In this document: positions 20,929 through 34,364 of the stretch, piece after piece | Numbering within the stretch: position 1 is the first letter of the stretch | Layout: each line of letters starts with the position of its first letter | Assembly (NCBI GenBank): GCA_012295275.1 | Contig: CM022673.1 | Coordinates: forward strand, 21,266,001-21,330,000 | Source of the DNA: Chrysomallon squamiferum | Lineage: Eukaryota > Animalia > Mollusca | DNA: 64,000 nt | Reading direction: 5' to 3' | The notes under the pieces: model-generated | What the model saw: only the letters and a program-made list of their open reading frames with translations | Database searches by the model: none | What the model was told of the DNA's origin: nothing | Translations under genes and position numbers: made by a program

Positions 20929-23900
20929 TCAGTCCAACTCTTCAAAGAAACTTTCATTAACTTTATATTTGTTTTCTTTCTCCTTATCACTCTCTGTCTT
21001 CTCTGCCTCTAACTCCTCAACAGCAGCTGTCACTTTGATCTCTCCAGTCTTGTGTATGTCACTAGAAAACATCTTTTGCACATTCTCAAGCAGTTCGATG
21101 GATTCTTTGTGAGCTGCAGATTTTGTCTCTGATATGGATGTGTATTCTGGTGCTATCTGTGGTTGGATTGAATCTAGATTGATGACAGAGTCAGAGTCTG
21201 AAATGTGAGGTTTACTCTCTTCTCCTGGTTTGTATTCCTCTATGAGAATCCTGCCAGTGTTCTTTGACAGATGTGTGAGAAAAGTGTCTTCTTCTTCTTC
21301 TTCTTCCTTCTTATCTTCATCATCTTCCAGGAAATCTTCATCATCATCTAAAACTTCAATCTTTGGCTGGTAAATCTAAAACATTATGTATGACCAATGA
21401 TTGTATTAAAATAGGTTTCTGAAGATGTATTAAAAAGAGTTCAGATTATCAGAATAAATTCAAAATACCAACATTAATTTTATCATTACAATTTCAAATT
21501 GACATTTTAATTGTATTTTTATAAAAAAATCTCATAAAAATTCTGGTACCTATTATAAAGAGATAAGTTATTTACAAACTAGCAGAAATATTTCTTACTT
21601 TCCTTTCACTTGCTTTTGAAATAATAATGTCTTCCTCAACATCAACATCTTCCAAATCAGGAACACCCTGCAAAGTAAATGTTTTCAAAATACAGACATC
21701 TCAGAAAATACAAATAGAATAGCATGCAAATTTGTTAGTGTTTTTGTTAAGGAGAGATTCAATTCATAATGTATGTAGACCCATACATTTTAAATTTAAA
21801 AACATTTATGTTAAACAACTACTTTCAATTTTAAAAATTTTAAAATGAATAATAATATTTTTTCTTTTAAATGTGAACCTAAAAGTGAATTCAAGATTTT
21901 CACTAAATATAAAAAGTAATAAACTCACTTCAAAGTCATCATTGTTAGAATTCAATTCCTCATCTAAAACAAAAACATAAAGAATGTGATAAATCAATTT
22001 GGAGAAAAAATATCCATCTTAGCACGACTAATACAAATTTAATAAACAAACTATTTAAAAAGTGGAAATATTAAAGATTTTGAAAAACATATTCCAAGTG
22101 TAAGTAAACAATGAAAACATTATTTTACTTACTTGCATCTGTGATGAATATTCGTGTGCCTGAACTGCTAGAAGAGGATTCTGAAACAAAAGATACAAAT
22201 GCTAAACACAGGAATGTTTAATGGGAGCAGCTGCCCCTTCCACTGGTAATTACTGCCCATCAAACAGTTACTGCCACTACCAGGACATGTATACTTCTTT
22301 CAGAATTTTATTTCACTGATTGCGACAAACATCAGAATTGTTAAGAAACTTTCATTCTCATAAATCCAGTATATTCCCATGGTTTATATACATATATATA
22401 TCTACACAAGTACATAATTGTTTTGCAATAGTTTGTATTTGTGTGTGTGTGTGTGTGTATTTGTATTTGTCTGTATGCATTTATACGTATGTGATATGTG
22501 TGTAATTCAGAATAGTTCAAGCTATCATTTATTGCAGTTTTATTTAACAACTTTCTATTTCATTTACTATTTATTTTAGAATTAGCTGTGAGAAAAACTA
22601 CAAAGAAATGTTCTTGCACCTCCAACTTTTTATTTTATGTTTTTAAGAAAAGGCATTGTGCATAACTGAATGTAAATATGACAATTTCTCAGCAACAATT
22701 TCTTACTTGGTTTTGAGAAAATTCCTTCACTGTTTTCTTGTTTCTGCACAGTAACAATTTCTTCATCTGCATTTTCATCTGTTGTTTCATCAGTTTCACC
22801 TTTCACCTCCTTGTCATCAGACTGACCCTACATCATTAAAAAGATATCAGAAAATGTAATATTAATTATGTACAAAATAATCTGATTAAGAATACCTTCA
22901 GTTTGTAAATATTTATATACATTTAATCATGTCAAGAATATATAAAATATTAAATAGAATATTTTCAGTTTGTTGGTATTTAACTATTTTTTATTTAGTC
23001 ATGTACATAAGATATAACAAATGATTTACAATACCTTTAGTTTGTAAGTACCAGTCAACCAGTCCACTGATTCAGGATCAACTTCGACTTTTTCTGTGAT
23101 TCCTTTCTGGGCATTTTCTTCATTTATTTCATTTTCTATCCGGTGACATTCATTGCGTTTCCGTATCTCGAGAAGAGCTAACATTAATAAAATGTAAATT
23201 AAAATTAGCAGTCCATAATTATACACTGCATTCTTTAACATTCTGTTTCACAACTGCAACAGTCCACATGTATGTATAATTCAGTACATTCAGTATAAAA
23301 TAAGAGTATCTAAATAATCATATTATTAATTAAAATGCTTTCTGACATTACAACTGCCAGTCTAAAATTCTTTAATTCTGTAAAGAATAATAACAGCCAG
23401 GAGATAAAAATTTCCAAATAATGATGCAACGTTCTTTCAGTTTATCATTTCTGTTAACATTTATTAATCACAATTCCTAAAATTTAATATTCAATAAACA
23501 TAACACATCTAGTCTTTAAACCAATTTATGTATAGTTATTGTATTTATGTAACATCAAACCTGTATTCATAAAGACATGGAAAAACTGATTATACAAGTA
23601 GATGTTTGTTATTTTCAAACTAACCATCAACACTAGCTTGAATTTTCCTTCTTTCTTGATCAACCCACTTTTGTCTCTCTTCTTTTTCAGCATCCAAACC
23701 TCCTCGAGCCCTTCAATTTTATATTTATAAAGTTTGTTTACAACATAACATTATATTTATTACGTTTACAGATCATGACCTGAACAGTAAGAGACATATT
23801 AAGGACACAGACAACTCATACTAAAAATTTCATAATCTACTCTGTTTGAATGAACTTCTTTGAAATTATAAATTACCAAAAACTGTAACTATTACAATAA

Positions 23901-26900
23901 AATTAATTAAATAGTATGTTTTCTTAAAGAATGTGTCATTTCACCAACATAGATTAAATAATTTTAAAAACTGACAGATAAATGTTGAAACAGAAGGGAC
24001 ACACTGACTAACAAAAAAAATAGTACATATTATTCCCAGTGCATTCACAATACAATACAAATGAGAAAAACAAAGTATGTTCATAATTAAATTACTGAGT
24101 GAAAAACTGATACGAACAGTCTAATATATTAAGATTATTTTACCATGCTTCAGCACAAGCTCTGTCTTTAGGAAATATTGGTCGGTCATCAAGATGCTGA
24201 AGATGTTTCTATGAAATAACAATACAATTTCATTAAATATCTCAGCCAAATTATTCAGAAATAATTGGTCGCATCTGTTTTTAACTTTAAAAAAGAAATG
24301 CATTGGCTTTTATTTAAAAATAGGATGAATGCAAATGGTTTTACGAAATAGATGTTTAATTTTCAGTTTGGTTTTAAAACAAATGCTTATTAATATTTTA
24401 AAATTTATTATACATGTATCATGAGATACAAGATTACTGAAGAGCTATAAAAAATATAATAGACAATTTCATACTGAAAGATTCTTATTCAATCAGTATG
24501 TGTGTGTATGTGTGTGTATATATATATATATATATATTTATATTTACCAGTCTCACTGTGATTGTTTTCCTGTAATTCTTTATCTCCTTAATCACTGGAT
24601 TACCCATCAAGTTCAACACTCTCTGAAAAATAACACACACACATTATTACACACACACACACACACACGTGTATAAAATTATTCTCAGAATTTATGAATT
24701 AGTTATCTCTCTATCTGATTCACAAGAAAAGAAAAAAGATACTGTTAAATGAAGCTATAGCTAATCTTTTTTTAAATCAGTAATTATTATAATTATATAG
24801 ATAAGAAAATCAAAAAGAATAAAAATTTAAATAATAAATAAATAAATAATAGTAAATTACCGACCAAAAATACTGAAAACCATTAATATGTTAAATGTCT
24901 CAGTATATGGTCTGAATATCTTGATTACAAAATCTAGTCTGTTACAAAATTACTAAAACAAAAGTTAGATTTAAAAAAAAATTAAAGTCCATACCAAATC
25001 TGGAATCTTCTCCAAAACATCAAGAATTTTTGGATCATTAATTTTGTTGTGGGAGATATCAACGATTCCAAGATTTGGACAGTTTTCAAGTTCTTCTATA
25101 TCTGATGCTGTTTGCAGTCTGTTGTGACTAATCAAGAGTGTATGAAGAGTAGGAACACAAGCTGTTTAAAGTAAAGTGAAATGGAGTAAACAAAATTATC
25201 TGTTAAACACCTGATAAAAAATTTCAGATGAGACACTAAAAAAAAATAGTATTCCATCTGTTTGTAAATAATCTTAACAACATCCAAATATGTTTACACA
25301 ATAGTTTTTATTCTTAGTAATTTTTATTTGCCTAATTACGGTAATATAACATTTTTTATTATTTATATATTTATTTATTATATAATTATAACCAATAATA
25401 ATTTACATTTTATATTCCATACCTTTATTTTATATGTAGTAAATACATGTGTCCTACATCATTATACATACATACATTACAGATTGTCAAGAAACACCAA
25501 ATTTTGATAATATTTAATACTGATTTAAAACATTTTGAACAAAATAAATGAGTTGTTTTAAGACAATGATGACAAATTCTCATACAATAAGGAGATAACT
25601 AAATGAGTATCTTACCAAGATTTGTTATCTTTTTAATGTGATTGTTACTGACATTGAGAGTGTCAAGTTTCTCAAGCGGTTCCAGATTTTCAATGTTATC
25701 AATGAGGTTCTGCTGCAGGTACAGGCATCGCAATTCTTTCTGGTGATCCAAATTCTCAATCTTTGATATTCCATTACATTCCAGCCACAGACATTTTAAA
25801 CCTGTGTACTCTTCAAGATTATCAATCTGATAGATTCCTGAAAGTTAAAAAATAAATAAATGAAAATACAATTTTGTTTTGTTTCAGAACAAAGCTATAA
25901 GGTCATGAGATTAAACTTGAAAAATTAAACAGAAAATATATGTACGGTCTAAATTGTTAATAAATTCTTTTATTACCAGTTTAATTTAATGAAAGGAACA
26001 TTAATTCTTATTTTATATCTTACATTTTTTTTATTTAAATATATATATAAATGCATATTAATATTATGATCTTTCTTCTTTTTTTGGAATTTATTTATTT
26101 TTATTTTTATTTATTTTTTGTTTTATTATTGTTGTTGTTAATTACAATGACGTAAGTCATACCTTTATAGTGTAAATACAAGACATCATTGAGAGCTGGA
26201 GTTTGATACAGTTTCAATGCTTTGCAATGATCCTTCAGAAACTTTTTAGTCAAAATGCTGAAAAAAAGAGAGTGAATAAAGCCTTTATGTTAACCTTCAT
26301 ATAAATACCAACCAATTTTTTAATTTTTATTTGTTTTTTGTTTCTTTAAATTATGTGTTATCTTAGTAATAACAAAATTATTTTTTTCAATTTTTTTTAA
26401 ACTTTGTTTTTATATTTTATATTTTTTCATTATTAAAACCATTAATTATCAGTTCATTAGGTGAGATTTTTATCTTATTTTGTTGTGTTTTGTTATTTAT
26501 TATTAACCTAAGACTTAAAACTTGGAAATTTATATAAACATTAGTTTATACATTCAGTCATCAAAAAAAATCTGATTGATCAGATGTTTTTTTTTTTTTT
26601 TTTTTTTTTTTATTATTATTCTGCGTCACTGGATTCAAATTTATGTTCACATACTCACCTAGGACATTTTTTATCTTCATTTTTTTCTGCATTGTCACCT
26701 TCACCTGATTTTGTTTTTGTTGTCTCAACTTTAAAAAAAAAAAAATAATAATTATTGAGAGCATTTGTAATGAAAACGGTATAAAATTTTATTATAAATT
26801 TTATTATTAATGATCATATGACTGAAAACATTAAAGGTTCATAACCTTTAATGTTTTCAGTTATATGAAAGAAAAAATAAATTAATTAAATTATGTCTCA

Positions 26901-27051
26901 AATAATATGTTTACATTTTAAGTCAGTATTGTATACCTTTTGTGGGTTTTGATTCATCTTCCTGTACTGTTACAATCTCAATTTTCTTTTCCTCATGAAC
27001 AGTATCAGGTTTGATGGATACTTCAGTTTCTATCTCCATAATTGATGGCAT
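20929..27051 (-). CDS. DNAAF1: Dynein axonemal assembly factor 1 (LRRC50/ODA7), ~585 aa, 14 coding exons
   Basis: Exons 27051-26937, 26728-26659, 26257-26163, 25837-25616, 25161-24995, 24622-24548, 24208-24144, 23710-23625, 23177-23035, 22827-22707, 22180-22133, 21963-21929, 21667-21599, 21375-20929. Motifs [34 protein letters not shown] (SDS22-like LRRs), [29 protein letters not shown] and an acidic tail ending FFEELD*. A non-coding upstream exon probably has its donor at ~27373. Confidence 0.93.
26814..26868. repeat. Near-perfect inverted repeat: 26-bp arms, 3-nt loop
   Basis: tcatatgactgaaaacattaaaggtt-cat-aacctttaatgttttcagttatatga, with one G:T mismatch. Confidence 0.9.
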
Positions 27052-27372
27052 TATGATAATATATCTTCAATTAGTTTCTTTTCTTCCTGTGACTTTAAAA
27101 TTAAAAGATAATACGTATTATTGTTGAATTATTAGTATTTTGATTTAATCGTTTTGTTTTTAGAAAACTAAAATTCAAATAACAGAAACTGGTAATAAAC
27201 AATGAGCAAAGAATTACTCATTTAATGTAATCATATTTTAACTGGATATAACTTTACAGTATTAGACTGAACTACTACGGTTAATGACAAATGGTACAAA
27301 ATAATTAAAGAGGTCATTAGACAGAAAATATTGTAGTTAACGCAAACTTTAAAATTTCTATATACAGTTTAC

Positions 27373-28054
27373 CTTGGACGCAAGCGAGTTGTTTTCTTAA
27401 ATTGGTTTTCACAATAATAAATTATGTCAATACCATACTGTTATTACAAAACAGCTTTCGTAGCAACCAGCATTCCTAAACTGAATGATTTCGATGGTTA
27501 CGCTAAACCTTATTATTCTCGGAAAATATATAACCAACAACCAGTGAACAGTCCATTGGGAATCGCGTACCCTCATTTTGCTGTTACGCTGTACTCGTTA
27601 AACTGTCAGATCGATAAGTACGAAAAGATATCCATTATTTTTACATCAACAGACAGAATTTTCTTAAAACGTTTTGTCGTTTTTTCAAGTTTCTGCTACT
27701 ACAGGCTATGCTGTATCATTTTTAACAAACTCTGAAACTAGTCGAAAAATTGCCCTTTGCGCATTTCCTGGAGTGTTTCCTCGATAATAATGGAACTTAT
27801 TTTAAAATAGAAACATTTACTTATGAAAGAATTACTTCGCTGTCTTTAAATCCATTATTTATTAATGTGTAAAGATAATGAAATATTGTATATTTATATT
27901 ATTTTAAAGTGGATTAAAGTAACTGCTTGGCTGATTCATCCACTGAACACGCTTGATATCGTAATTCACAAAATAACGTTCGCTTTCTAAACGAAAGACA
28001 TTCAGCATTACCAATAATAATCATGACACACACACACACACAGGAATATACATG

Positions 28055-28090
<36 letters not shown>

Positions 28091-28709
28091 TACATACACA
28101 TAATCTGCTGAAAGGTTTCTTTTGTTAGAAGTTAAAATGAAAGAAAGCAGTATTTAGTTATGGGAAATTGAAATACACTATTTTATGTATGTGCGGAGGT
28201 AACGATTTATGGGGCTCTGACTGATAAAATATTATCTCAAAAATATGAACTGTGTTGCCATGCATATGTGACAGTGCAATGAGAAAGACCACAGTCATTG
28301 AACTTGGGGGCTTATCGGTTGTTACTGATAGCGATTCGGACTTGGTTATCTTGGAAATTTCTCACAAAATAATATTTTTATAACTGTTAATATAAAATGA
28401 TATTTTAATGATGTGACTCAAAGATGATTACAAACCTTGACAAGAATAATTCAGTGAGGTTTGCATTAACTTCAGTCATCCACAATATTTCGTGGTTTTT
28501 CTGTTGTTTTTTACTGAGTTTTTTTAAATATTTGGCATATGTTTCGAAATAGCTGTTGTAATTTTATAATAAAATATGTCAACAAAATGTGAAGCCGGTC
28601 CTGATAAATATTATATTATGACTGGCAGACATGTTGTGGGGGGTGTCGGACGAGTAAATCACTGCGAAGTTGCCATTCTCTACAATCGCAAAAAATATTT
28701 TCCTAAATG

Positions 28710-28776
<67 letters not shown>

Positions 28777-29379
28777 CGCTAGATAAATGAAACAATAATT
28801 TGGAAGTGTAATATAAATAAATGTATTAAGGCTATTTATTTCTGTCACAAAAGCTACGCATTAAATTAATTGCAGGGTCTTCATTATTGTAGTTTTGATT
28901 TGATTCAAAAACGGAGAATAATTTTAAAGGATGCTGATATCGTCTGCAAAACAATTTTAACACTGATGTTGGAGGGGGGAAATAACAACAAACAAACGTG
29001 AAGGTTTGAAATTCTCATTTTCCAATTGATGGAACGGCCAGTGTAAACATCGCTTGCCTTTTATGGTAAAATAGCAATATGTACATAAAATCTTCACACC
29101 ATAAAAAGTTGTATACGCAGCATCCGTATCACAAAACTATTTTTCCAACCTATACAAGGGTCTGTGTCAAATAACAAAAAAAAAAAAAAAAAACACGTCG
29201 GAAAACTGCGTCAGGTACATTGCACCTAGCATCTTAAAACTTCCCGGACTCGAACGACTTAAATATGTAGATCCATTAACAGCTTTTACAATGTCCAGAT
29301 AAATGTTTTCAGGAATATTCTAGGTGTCACTAGTAATTATCAAACAAAAAACAACAATTGGTACTGTTTTTAGTTCCCA

Positions 29380-29413
<34 letters not shown>

Positions 29414-29900
29414 CGTTTTTATTTTTTTATTTTTGAAATTGCCGCCATGATAGCTTGTCACATATTTTCTAACACTGCAGTAATATTTTAGGAAATTGTG
29501 TCAGGCAGAATAATTTTAAATAATGTTAGCAAATGTATTATTTTTATTTTAGTTAATTATCAAGTACGACTATTATATTAATTTATATTTCTTGAAGTAA
29601 TAATAACAGACGAATTCGAAAGATAAATTTTGCGTAAAAGGACATTCTCGAAGGCCGGTATTTTCAATAATTGCAAATCGTGACGTGTCTCGGTCTTAAA
29701 AGCTACGTTGCATCTTACAAAAGCCACAAAAACGGATACGGCTTTACGGAGAAAGGATTTGTAGCAGACGCAGCACAAAGTTTCTACTTGACTACACAAC
29801 ATACACAGTAGGAAGTATTTTCGAATTTTTATTTTATTTGGTTTCTGTTGCTGAAAATTTCCGTATCAGCATATTGGCTATTGTTAGCAAGGTCAAATTA
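27373..29900. promoter_or_regulatory. CpG-retaining divergent promoter region between DNAAF1 (-) and the Ppd gene (+)
   Basis: CpG-rich patches at 27370-27800 and 29040-29900. RFX half-site GTTGCTA on the minus strand (~27460), YY1-like GCCGCCAT (29441) and CRE-like TGACGT (29681). Confidence 0.45.
28713..28771. repeat. (TA)n microsatellite
   Basis: Directly visible. Confidence 0.95.
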
Positions 29901-30357
29901 AAGGGACTAGTATAGTGTTCCTACCGAAACTTATTTTTTTTAAAACTAAATTAGAATTTTCAAATACAATAGCGTGTAAATGTGACATTTTTGCTTTTGG
30001 TATTACGATAGTATTTTCACCAGTATGCATTCGTTTAATTATGAATTTTCATACTCTGTTTTATTTCAAATTATTCTGTCTGTCAATATAAAATTAAACA
30101 AAAAACAACAAATGTCACAATTATTTTGTTTAAAAAAAGTGATAATCTTGAGAATAACACTTAAAGCAAATTAAACTGTATGAATACAGTTAATATTAAT
30201 AAATTCTTAAATATTTTAATTATTATTATTTATTTGAATACTGGTACAAAATACAGGATATAAATTTCTTTTAGCAAAATTAGTGAAATAATACTGATTT
30301 AAAACCTATCCCAGAATATTATTGTAAAAAAGTAAATTACATTTTTTGCATTTTCAG

Positions 30358-33300
30358 ATGAATTACAAAATTGCTCTCTCCATTCAAAACCTTTTGATAT
30401 CTGCTCCAAAACTTGAAGTTTGTGCTGTAAGTAATCGTATTTAATTTTAAGGAGACTGATATATATGTTTATTTTTTATTTTTTTTGTTATTGTTGTTGT
30501 TTTAATGTAAAATAACAGTAACATTTATGATTTAATGTTCATGTTCAACACTTTTCTATATATATATATATATATAGAAACAAAAGTAGCAATGTTAGAA
30601 ATTTGATTTGATTTGTCCTTGTGAATAATGCCCATTAAACTTCAAATCTATCTACAATGGATTAGGTTATAATGATTTTTAAAACATTTGATTTATTTAT
30701 TTAAAAAAACAAAAATTAAATACAAATTTAAAGGAAGATTTTTCAAATCCTACTGATATCTATATATATATATTTCTCAGTGTTACTCCCTGGGTCATGA
30801 GGTTTTCGTAATTTAAATTCTGCATCAAAGCACATGATAACATATTACATACCTTTTAGTTCACAAAAGTTTGTAATCTTTATTTTGTTAAAGGTGGACA
30901 ATACTACCAAAAAGATAAGTAGTTGGAATGCACAGTGTTTGACAAGGAAATGTACTGCTTGCATATAACATGATCAGAGTAGGCCAAGATAGACAGAACT
31001 TCATATACACCAAAATTGTTTTAGACATGGCTATAAGTTAAAGGAATGTAAAGGGTATTAGAGAAAAATATTTGAGAAGTGCAGAATTGTAGATCATTAT
31101 CATGCATTTTATTGTAATCTTTTCTTATTTTTTATTTATATATGCTTGTTTTTTATGAATTAATAATCATTTTATTTTATTTTTATTTATTTACTTTTCT
31201 CTATTTATTCTATTATTATAATTTATTCTTTTATTTCAGTTTTCATGTCTCAGGGTTTTTCAGAAAAGAAACATGACATCCATGTCACAGCAGCTGAATC
31301 CTGTTGAGTCAGTGAGTGAATTGCCCAGTGCTCCTCAGCAGTTAGATCCAGAGGCCTTCAGAAAAGCTGTTCTTCGATCAGGAATTAATTTTTTCTGTGG
31401 TGTTCCTGACTCACTCTTAAAACGTGAGTTAGAGGACAGCTTAAGTGTGCACATAAATACATATATCTATTATAATCTATTCACACTTAGAAGGAACTAG
31501 TTGATGAAGCATTTATTTTTAATAAGAGACATTAATATAGTACAGTAAAATCTGCATTCCTTAACCTCCACATACTGATATATTTAATCTTTTGGGCTAA
31601 TGTAACTCAACTGATATTATCTTCTATAGACTTCTGTGCAGTTGTGACCCAAAATGTCAGCCCAGACCGTCATGTCATCACTGTCAATGAGGGATCAGCA
31701 GTTGCTTTGGCAACAGGATATCACCTATCTACTGGGAAATGTGCTATGGTTTACCTTCAGGTATGTAAATTAAAAGAAAATATTAGAAAAAACTTTAGAA
31801 TTTAAGTTAGTTTTGTTAAAATTACAACTCAGAATGTAAAATCTAAAGTTTTAGATATATTTGTTTTTCTAACAGATACACCAAATAGAACATTTATGAA
31901 CTAACTGTCTGAATTTTCAGTTAACTGATTTTTTTAAATACATTTTTATGTTCAGAACTACAACTTAAAATAAGTATTTGTAAAATGTCAGAATTCTGGT
32001 CTTGGTAACATTGTGAATCCAATGATGTCACTGGCTTCCTCAGCTGTGTACAGCATTCCAATGTTGTTGTTCATTGGCTGGCGAGGGGAGACTGGAGTTA
32101 AAGACGAACCTCAGCACATAGCTCAAGGGCAGATAACTCCTCAGATGTTAGGTAATTGTGTTTATCCTGGATCTCAGTTATTTTTTCCCTATTTGAAATT
32201 TCTTGATTCTCAAAACACTGATTGTATGAAATAAGTATAAATAATGCAAAAAATATAGCTAAATAGTAACTAATAATTAATTTTCATTACTGCAGTTATT
32301 ATATGTTTAATAGTTATGTATTCAAAACAAGATTTTAATACTGAAGTTAACATGATATGGATATAGTTATTGAATAAGAATGCTTTGCTTAACTTTAAGC
32401 CATCTGGTTCTTATATAAAAATAAATAAAAGAAAACCATGGTTCTATAAAAATAAAACTACAGGTAACTGTGAATGTTACTCAAAAGAGATAAACATTAA
32501 TATATATTTTATGTAACATTATTTCTAGAATTGATGAACATTCCCTGTGAAGTATTGCCACGTGATCTTGAGGAAGCTGAAACTGTAAGTGTTTAGTTAG
32601 AAATAAAAATAACTTTCTTTTTGCTAAATCACTGTAAAAAAAATGTACTTGTTTTTATCAATTAACTTAAAATATGGTGGACATGCATTTAAATAAAACT
32701 GATATAGATTTTTAAGTTTTCACTTATTTTGTAAAGTATTTCCTTAAGAAAATAGGTCCATATTTAAAGCAAATTGTTTTATTATATTCATTTGTTTTCC
32801 AGATCCTGGATAGGGCTGCTGCCTACATGGCAGAAAAGAAGAGTGCATACAGCATATTGGTGCAGAAAGACACGTTTGTTCCTTTCCAGATGAAGAATAA
32901 ACAAAATAGGCAGTAAGTTTTAATACAAACTTTATGTCTACAGAGTTTGTGAGTGTAATGTTTTTCATTTATTAAAAAAAAATAGTAATAATAATAATTA
33001 AAAAAGTAATTCAAGATATTTATTTGAAACATTTTTGTTTTATTTATAGATTTCCAATGACTCGTGAAGAGGCACTGAAAGTAGTTGTTGATGGACTGAG
33101 AAATGATGACATCATTGTCAGCTCTACTGGAATGTTATCAAGGGAACTCTTTGAATACAGGTTTGTTTAATAACTGCTTCTGTTTTAAGTTCTATTTTTA
33201 AAATATTTTTTGTTTAAAATAAACTAATTATGTTTGTCAGTACTACTTGATATTTATGTCAGTTTTACAGTTTTTTATTTCATTTATTATTTTGTATGTA

Positions 33301-34331
33301 TCGTATGTAAAAAGATTAAGTGTTTTAGTCCAGTCTAGCATACAAAAGAAACATTGTTTCAACAGTATGAATACAAATAAAATACTAAACTGTATGTAAA
33401 TGTTAAGACTTTTTATCTAAGCCTGTTTGATGAATGTGTTTCTTCCCTTTTATTAATTTGAGTGTTTCCCAGTCTTCTGCCACTTATAATGGCAAAGAAT
33501 ATATACATTTTGTACTTAAGGAATTTTTAAAATCTTTATATTATTATATTTAATTATTTGTGAGTTCTTATTGCACTGTAGTTTTATAATCCTCAATTTT
33601 AATTTTGTTAGCTTGAAAATATTGCATCTTTTGTCAAGAATGGAATTATTTTGATACCAGATATATCTGTGAATTTTGAAAATGCATTTAGAAAATTCTG
33701 ATGCTTCATTCAGATACTGATTCATCAATTTAATAAAATTTAAACATCTTTTATTGTCATAGTCTTCTGTTTCTTGTTGGCAGAATTCAGATGTTTCCAG
33801 TTTGTGTTTAGAAATTATAATATCAGTGTTTGGGCTGGAAAGTCACTAAGCATAGATAAGAAGTACCCACATTTTAGTAATTGTTTGCTTTATTTTACCT
33901 CTTAGTTTTGAGTTTTATAAACTGCATTGCTGAAATTGGTTTGCATGTAGCTTTATTAGCAGTCATCTTGGAGATCTTTTTTGTCTTGTTATTAAATTAT
34001 TATGACATATAAGAAAAGAAAATCAGTAATATTAAATTTAGGTTGGTTGGTTTTTTCCAGACTTTAATGAACCCCCAAGTTCCATCATCATAAAGGGAAT
34101 TTAGAGAAATTAGTAATAAGGATAATGCTTCTGAATTCCATATTTTATTCATGTCTATTTTTGCTGAGATTGTTTTGGATGGAGTATTTTCTTCTATGTT
34201 ATTCTGAAGTTGGCAGTTTATACTATTGATAAAACATGGCATGAACAATATTTTGATCCATCTAGCATGTTCTGACATCTGTTGTAAGTTGTTGTGAATT
34301 ACAAAACACTGTTCAATATTTGCAGTTCATT

Positions 34332-34364
<33 letters not shown>

